This document shows, piece after piece, positions 59,801 through 64,000 of a DNA stretch of 64,000 nucleotides (positions within the stretch are counted from its first letter, which is position 1; each line of letters begins with the position of its first letter). Below the pieces are notes generated by a model that saw only the letters and a list, made by a program, of their open reading frames with translations, made no database searches and was not told where the DNA came from. Made by a program: the position numbers and the translations under genes. The DNA is from an uncultured Flavobacterium sp. GTDB taxonomy: Bacteria; Bacteroidota; Bacteroidia; Flavobacteriales; Flavobacteriaceae. The stretch lies in assembly GCA_947631175.1 (NCBI GenBank), contig CANRKI010000001.1, forward strand, positions 167 through 64,166, given 5' to 3'.

Positions 59801-61169
59801 TAGGTTGGAAAGCTTGAATACCTAAACGGTGTAACGTAGGAGCACGGTTTAGTAATACTGGGTGTCCTTTAATTACATTTTCAAGGATATCCCAAACTAC
59901 TGGCTCTTTTTTGTCAATGATTTTTTTAGCAGACTTAACTGTTTTTACAATACCACGCTCAATTAATTTTCTAATTACGAATGGTTTGTAAAGTTCAGCT
60001 GCCATATCTTTTGGTAAACCACACTCGTATAATTTTAACTCTGGTCCAACAACAATTACCGAACGTGCAGAATAGTCAACACGTTTACCAAGTAAGTTTT
60101 GACGGAAACGTCCTTGTTTACCTTTTAATGAGTCTGATAACGATTTTAATGGTCTATTTGATTCTGTTTTAACAGCAGATGCTTTACGTGTGTTATCAAA
60201 TAATGAATCAACCGCTTCTTGTAACATACGTTTTTCATTACGTAAGATCACTTCTGGTGCTTTAATTTCCATTAATCGTTTTAAACGATTGTTACGGATA
60301 ATTACACGACGGTATAAATCATTTAAATCTGATGTTGCAAAACGACCTCCATCAAGCGGAACTAACGGGCGTAATTCTGGTGGAATAACCGAAATTACTT
60401 TTAAGATCATCCACTCAGGGCGGTTTTCTCTATTGTTATTCGCTTCACGGAAAGCTTCTACAACTTGTAAACGTTTTAAAGCTTCTGTTTTACGTTGTTT
60501 TGATGTTTCATTATTAGCAGCATATCGTAAAGAAGCTGATAAAGATGGTAAATCAATACGAGACAATAAGTCCATAATACATTCAGCACCCATTTTAGCG
60601 ATGAATTTATTAGGATCGTTATCATCTAAATATTGGTTTTCCATTGGTAATGAATCAACAATATTTAAATATTCTTCTTCAGTTAAGAAATCAAGAGTTT
60701 TTAAATCTTCTCCTTCGGCATTTTTAGCGATACCTGGCTGAATTACTACGTAACGTTCGTAGTAAATAATCATATCTAATTTTTTAGATGGTAACCCTAA
60801 AATATAACCAATTTTGTTTGGTAAAGAACGGAAGTACCAAATGTGTGCAATTGGCACAACTAAGTTGATGTGCCCTACACGGTCACGACGAACTTTTTTC
60901 TCAGTAACTTCAACACCACAACGGTCACATACAATACCTTTGTAGCGAATTCTTTTATATTTACCACAAGCACATTCGTAATCTTTAACTGGACCAAAAA
61001 TTCGTTCGCAGAAAAGACCATCGCGCTCAGGCTTATGTGTACGATAATTGATAGTTTCTGGCTTTAACACCTCACCTCTTGATTCTGCCAAAATAGATTC
61101 TGGAGAAGCAAGACCTATCGAAATCTTGTTAAACCTTTTTACGGTATTTTTATCTTTATTTTTACTCAT
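56871..61169 (-). CDS. rpoC: RNA polymerase beta' subunit
   Basis: Zinc-binding cysteines, [16 protein letters not shown] catalytic motif, 1432 aa. Confidence 0.98.
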   Translation of the reverse strand: MSKNKDKNTVKRFNKISIGLASPESILAESRGEVLKPETINYRTHKPERDGLFCERIFGPVKDYECACGKYKRIRYKGIVCDRCGVEVTEKKVRRDRVGHINLVVPIAHIWYFRSLPNKIGYILGLPSKKLDMIIYYERYVVIQPGIAKNAEGEDLKTLDFLTEEEYLNIVDSLPMENQYLDDNDPNKFIAKMGAECIMDLLSRIDLPSLSASLRYAANNETSKQRKTEALKRLQVVEAFREANNNRENRPEWMILKVISVIPPELRPLVPLDGGRFATSDLNDLYRRVIIRNNRLKRLMEIKAPEVILRNEKRMLQEAVDSLFDNTRKASAVKTESNRPLKSLSDSLKGKQGRFRQNLLGKRVDYSARSVIVVGPELKLYECGLPKDMAAELYKPFVIRKLIERGIVKTVKSAKKIIDKKEPVVWDILENVIKGHPVLLNRAPTLHRLGIQAFQPKLIEGKAIRLHPLVCTAFNADFDGDQMAVHLPLGPEAILESQLLMLASHNILNPANGAPITVPSQDMVLGLYYMTKERKNTPEYPIKGEGQVFYSVEEVHIAINEGKLDLNAGVKVRAKDFNENGELVYKIIPTTAGRILFNEVVPEAAGYINEVLNKKSLRDIISEILAKTDVPTTAQFLDDIKNMGYGYAFKGGLSFSLGDIKIPDQKQSLIAEANSQVDGITMNYNMGLITNNERYNQVIDVWTSTNAMLTEAAMRNIREDQQGFNSVFMMLDSGARGSKEQIRQLTGMRGLMAKPKKSTAGGGEIIENPILSNFKEGLSILEYFISTHGARKGLADTALKTADAGYLTRRLHDVAQDVIVNSEDCGTLRGIEVSALKKNDEVVESLGERVLGRVALLDVVNPLTGDVVVEEGQLITEAIAKSINESPVESMEVRSPLTCEAKKGICVKCYGRNLATNKIAQRGDAVGVVAAQSIGEPGTQLTLRTFHVGGVAGGISEESSLIAKFAGRVEIEDLRTVKGEDSDGNVVDIVISRSTEYKLVDVTTGIVVNTHNIPYGSSIFVKDGDVVEKGNVICKWDPYNGVIIAETDGKIAYEDLEQGQTFQVEIDEQTGFKEKVISEGRNKKLVPTLLMNSKDGELIRSYNLPVGAHLMVNDGEKIKAGKILVKIPRRSSKASDITGGLPRITELLEARNPSNPAVVSEIDGVVSFGKIKRGNREIIIESKFGEIKKYLVKLSNQILVQENDFVKAGVPLSDGAITPEDILRIKGPSAVQQYLVNEIQEVYRLQGVKISDKHFEVVIRQMMRKVRIEDPGDTLFLEEQLAHTQDFIIENDKLYGMKFIEDAGDSENLIAGQIVSARELRDENSLLRRNDKNLVIAREVIPATATPILQGITRASLQTKSFISAASFQETTKVLNEAAVAGKVDTLEGLKENVIVGHRIPAGTGMREYDNTMVGSKDDFNELVANKESFNF

Positions 61170-61206
61170 GATAATCGTACTATCGATTGTTAAAATACTT
61201 TTTTGG

Positions 61207-61242
61207 AAAAAAAGGGAATCGTTCCAAGAGATTGATTCCCTT
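61207..61242 (-). terminator. Terminator-like hairpin between rpoB and rpoC
   Basis: On the minus strand: AAGGGAATC-N13-GATTCCCTT followed by TTTTT. Confidence 0.45.
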
Positions 61243-61255
61243 ATTTATGTAATAT

Positions 61256-64000
61256 TTAGTCTTCTAATCTAATGTCTAAACCAAGACCTTTTAATTCATG
61301 CATTAATACATTGAATGATTCTGGTAATCCTGGTTCTGGCATAGTTTCACCCTTAACGATTGCTTCGTAAGTTTTAGCTCTACCAACAACATCATCCGAT
61401 TTAACAGTCAAGATTTCTCTTAATGTGCTTGATGCTCCATATGCTTCAAGAGCCCAAACCTCCATCTCTCCAAAACGCTGACCTCCAAATAAGGCTTTAC
61501 CTCCTAAAGGTTGTTGTGTAATTAAAGAGTAAGGACCAATAGAACGTGCGTGCATTTTGTCATCAACCATGTGACCAAGTTTTAACATGTAGATTACACC
61601 TACTGTTGCTTTTTGGTGGAAACGGTCTCCTGTACCTCCATCGTATAAATAAGTATGACCAAAACGAGGAACTCCAGCTTCATCTGTTAAGGCATTAATT
61701 TCGTCTAATGATGCACCATCAAAAATTGGTGTCGCGAATTTTTTACCTAACCTTTTACCAGCCCATCCAAGTACGGTTTCATAAATCTGTCCGATGTTCA
61801 TACGTGATGGTACCCCAAGTGGATTTAATACAATATCTACTGGTGTTCCATCCTCTAAGAATGGCATATCTTCTGCACGTACAATTTTTGCTACAATACC
61901 TTTGTTACCGTGACGTCCAGCCATTTTATCCCCTACTCTTAGTTTACGTTTTTTAGCAATGTAAACTTTAGCAAGTTTTAATACACCTGATGGTAATTCG
62001 TCTCCAACTGATAAAGTTACTTTTTCTCTACGTAACTCACCTTTATAGTCATTTAATCTAATTTTATAGTTGTGGATTAAATCGGTCACCATTGAATTGG
62101 TTTCTTCATCTGTAGTCCACTGTCCTTTAGTTAAATGAGTAAAGTCTTCAACTGCATGTAACATTTTTTGTGTGTATTTTTTTCCTTTAGGTAAAACTTC
62201 TTCCCCTACGTCATTTAATACACCTTGTGATGTTTTACCGTTAACGATTGTAAATAATTTATCTACTAATTCGTCTTTTAATTGGTTAAACTTCACATCG
62301 AAACGAGCTTCTAATTCAGCTATTTCTTCTTTATCTTTAGAACCGCGTTTGCGCTTATCTTTATTTGCTTTAGAGAATAATTTTTTGTCTAAAACAACAC
62401 CACGTAATGATGGAGTTGCTTTTAAAGACGCATCCTTAACATCTCCTGCTTTATCACCAAAGATAGCACGTAATAATTTTTCTTCTGGAGTTGGATCAGA
62501 TTCCCCTTTTGGTGTAATTTTTCCGATAAGGATATCACCAGGTTTAACTTCAGCCCCAATACGAATCATACCATTTTCATCTAAGTCTTTAGTTGCCTCT
62601 TCAGAAATATTTGGAATATCGTTTGTTAACTCTTCAGGTCCTAATTTTGTATCACGAACTTCTAATGTGTAATCATCAATATGGATAGATGTAAAGATAT
62701 CTTCACTAACTACTCTTTCAGAAATTACAATTGCATCCTCAAAATTGTAACCTTTCCAAGGCATGAAAGCTACTTGCATGTTACGACCTAAAGCTAACTC
62801 ACCATTTTGTGTAGCATAACCTTCACATAATACTTGCCCTTTAACAACTTGATCACCTTTTCTTACAATTGGTTTTAAGTTGATAGAAGTACTTTGGTTT
62901 GTTTTACGGAATTTGATTAAGTTGTATGTTTTCTCATCTGTATCAAAACTTACTGCTCTATCACGATCTGTACGTTCGTAACGAATAGTAATTTTAGTAG
63001 CATCAACATAAACAACTTCACCAGTTCCTTCAGCATTAATTAAAACACGAGAATCAGTAGCAACTTGTTTTTCTAATCCAGTACCAACAATTGGAGATTC
63101 TGGACGTAATAAAGGTACTGCCTGACGCATCATGTTCGATCCCATTAAGGCACGGTTGGCATCATCGTGCTCTAAGAAAGGAATTAATGATGCTGAAATC
63201 GATGCGATTTGGTTTGGTGCAACGTCAGCGTAATCTAATTCTTTAGGTTCAACAACTGGGAAATCCGCATCTTGCTTTGCAATTACTTTTTCGTCAGTAA
63301 TATTACCTACAGTATCAATTCCGATGTTTGCTTGTGCAATTAATTTACCTTCTTCTTCTTCTGCTGATAAATAAACTGGATCATTAACGATATCAATTTG
63401 TCCATCAACAACTTTGCGATATGGTGTTTCAATGAATCCCATATTGTTTACTTTAGAGTAAACAGAAAGAGAAGAGATAAGACCGATGTTTGGTCCCTCA
63501 GGTGTTTCAATTGGACATAAACGTCCGTAGTGCGTGTAGTGAACGTCACGAACTTCGAAACCAGCTCGTTCTCTAGATAAACCTCCAGGTCCTAATGCAG
63601 ATAAACGACGTTTGTGCGTAATCTCAGCTAACGGGTTAGTTTGGTCCATGAACTGAGAAAGCTGATTCGTACCAAAGAAAGAATTAATTACAGCAGATAA
63701 TGATTTTGCGTTAATTAAGTCAATCGGTGTGAACACTTCGTTATCACGAACATTCATACGATCTTTAATAGTACGAGCCATACGAGCTAAACCAACACCA
63801 AATTGTGCAGAAAGTTGTTCACCAACAGTTCTTACACGACGGTTAGATAAGTGGTCGATATCATCAATCTCAGCTTTAGAGTTGATCAATTCGATTAAGT
63901 ATTTAACGATAGTGATGATATCCTCTTTCGTTAAAACTTGCTTATCCATTTCAATGTTTAACCCAAGTTTTTTGTTAATTCTATAACGACCTACATCTCC
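61256..64000 (-). CDS. rpoB: RNA polymerase beta subunit (5' part outside window)
   Basis: Frame is open to the window edge ([12 protein letters not shown]...). Contains [31 protein letters not shown] and GQRFGEME. Confidence 0.98.
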   Translation of the reverse strand, partial: GDVGRYRINKKLGLNIEMDKQVLTKEDIITIVKYLIELINSKAEIDDIDHLSNRRVRTVGEQLSAQFGVGLARMARTIKDRMNVRDNEVFTPIDLINAKSLSAVINSFFGTNQLSQFMDQTNPLAEITHKRRLSALGPGGLSRERAGFEVRDVHYTHYGRLCPIETPEGPNIGLISSLSVYSKVNNMGFIETPYRKVVDGQIDIVNDPVYLSAEEEEGKLIAQANIGIDTVGNITDEKVIAKQDADFPVVEPKELDYADVAPNQIASISASLIPFLEHDDANRALMGSNMMRQAVPLLRPESPIVGTGLEKQVATDSRVLINAEGTGEVVYVDATKITIRYERTDRDRAVSFDTDEKTYNLIKFRKTNQSTSINLKPIVRKGDQVVKGQVLCEGYATQNGELALGRNMQVAFMPWKGYNFEDAIVISERVVSEDIFTSIHIDDYTLEVRDTKLGPEELTNDIPNISEEATKDLDENGMIRIGAEVKPGDILIGKITPKGESDPTPEEKLLRAIFGDKAGDVKDASLKATPSLRGVVLDKKLFSKANKDKRKRGSKDKEEIAELEARFDVKFNQLKDELVDKLFTIVNGKTSQGVLNDVGEEVLPKGKKYTQKMLHAVEDFTHLTKGQWTTDEETNSMVTDLIHNYKIRLNDYKGELRREKVTLSVGDELPSGVLKLAKVYIAKKRKLRVGDKMAGRHGNKGIVAKIVRAEDMPFLEDGTPVDIVLNPLGVPSRMNIGQIYETVLGWAGKRLGKKFATPIFDGASLDEINALTDEAGVPRFGHTYLYDGGTGDRFHQKATVGVIYMLKLGHMVDDKMHARSIGPYSLITQQPLGGKALFGGQRFGEMEVWALEAYGASSTLREILTVKSDDVVGRAKTYEAIVKGETMPEPGLPESFNVLMHELKGLGLDIRLED

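Noticed and set aside
61256-63949. rpoB apparently short (897 aa)
   Set aside because: The frame is open to the window edge, so the gene is truncated by the window and is not a pseudogene.
790-63986. Many short ORFs (60-185 aa) antisense to or overlapping core genes in the ORF track
   Set aside because: They are shadows of well-supported genes on the opposite strand or in another frame, with no recognisable motifs or expression signals.

Overview
AT-rich chromosomal window from a Flavobacteriaceae (Flavobacterium-like, Bacteroidota) genome, inferred from porU/porV/gldJ, TAnnTTTG-type promoters and the rpoC-DUF3467 linkage. It is mostly core genes: mlaE/F, manC, pdhA/pdhC, cdd, porV-porU/gldJ-murF, folC, exbBD/tonB, anmK, recR, ctlX, gltA and rpoBC. 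There is also an orphan TPR sensor kinase and a ~22 kb Wzx/Wzy-type polysaccharide locus (27.3-49.4 kb) with two Wza/Wzc pairs, two initiating phosphoglycosyl transferases and a PglFED-like bacillosamine pathway. I saw no tRNA, rRNA, CRISPR array, IS or prophage. The most striking non-genic signal is a three-copy 141-187 bp structured repeat (18474, 21073, 27089), probably related to the Flavo-1 motif. Each copy sits at a convergent gene junction, and together they show compensatory base changes, swappable loops and an alternative pairing. Other non-coding signals are a palindromic promoter between porU and gldJ, promoter/terminator overlaps before wzx and the MFS gene, probable leaderless murF and recR, and a terminator-like hairpin between rpoB and rpoC. 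All family assignments come from motif recognition by eye; no database searches were run.
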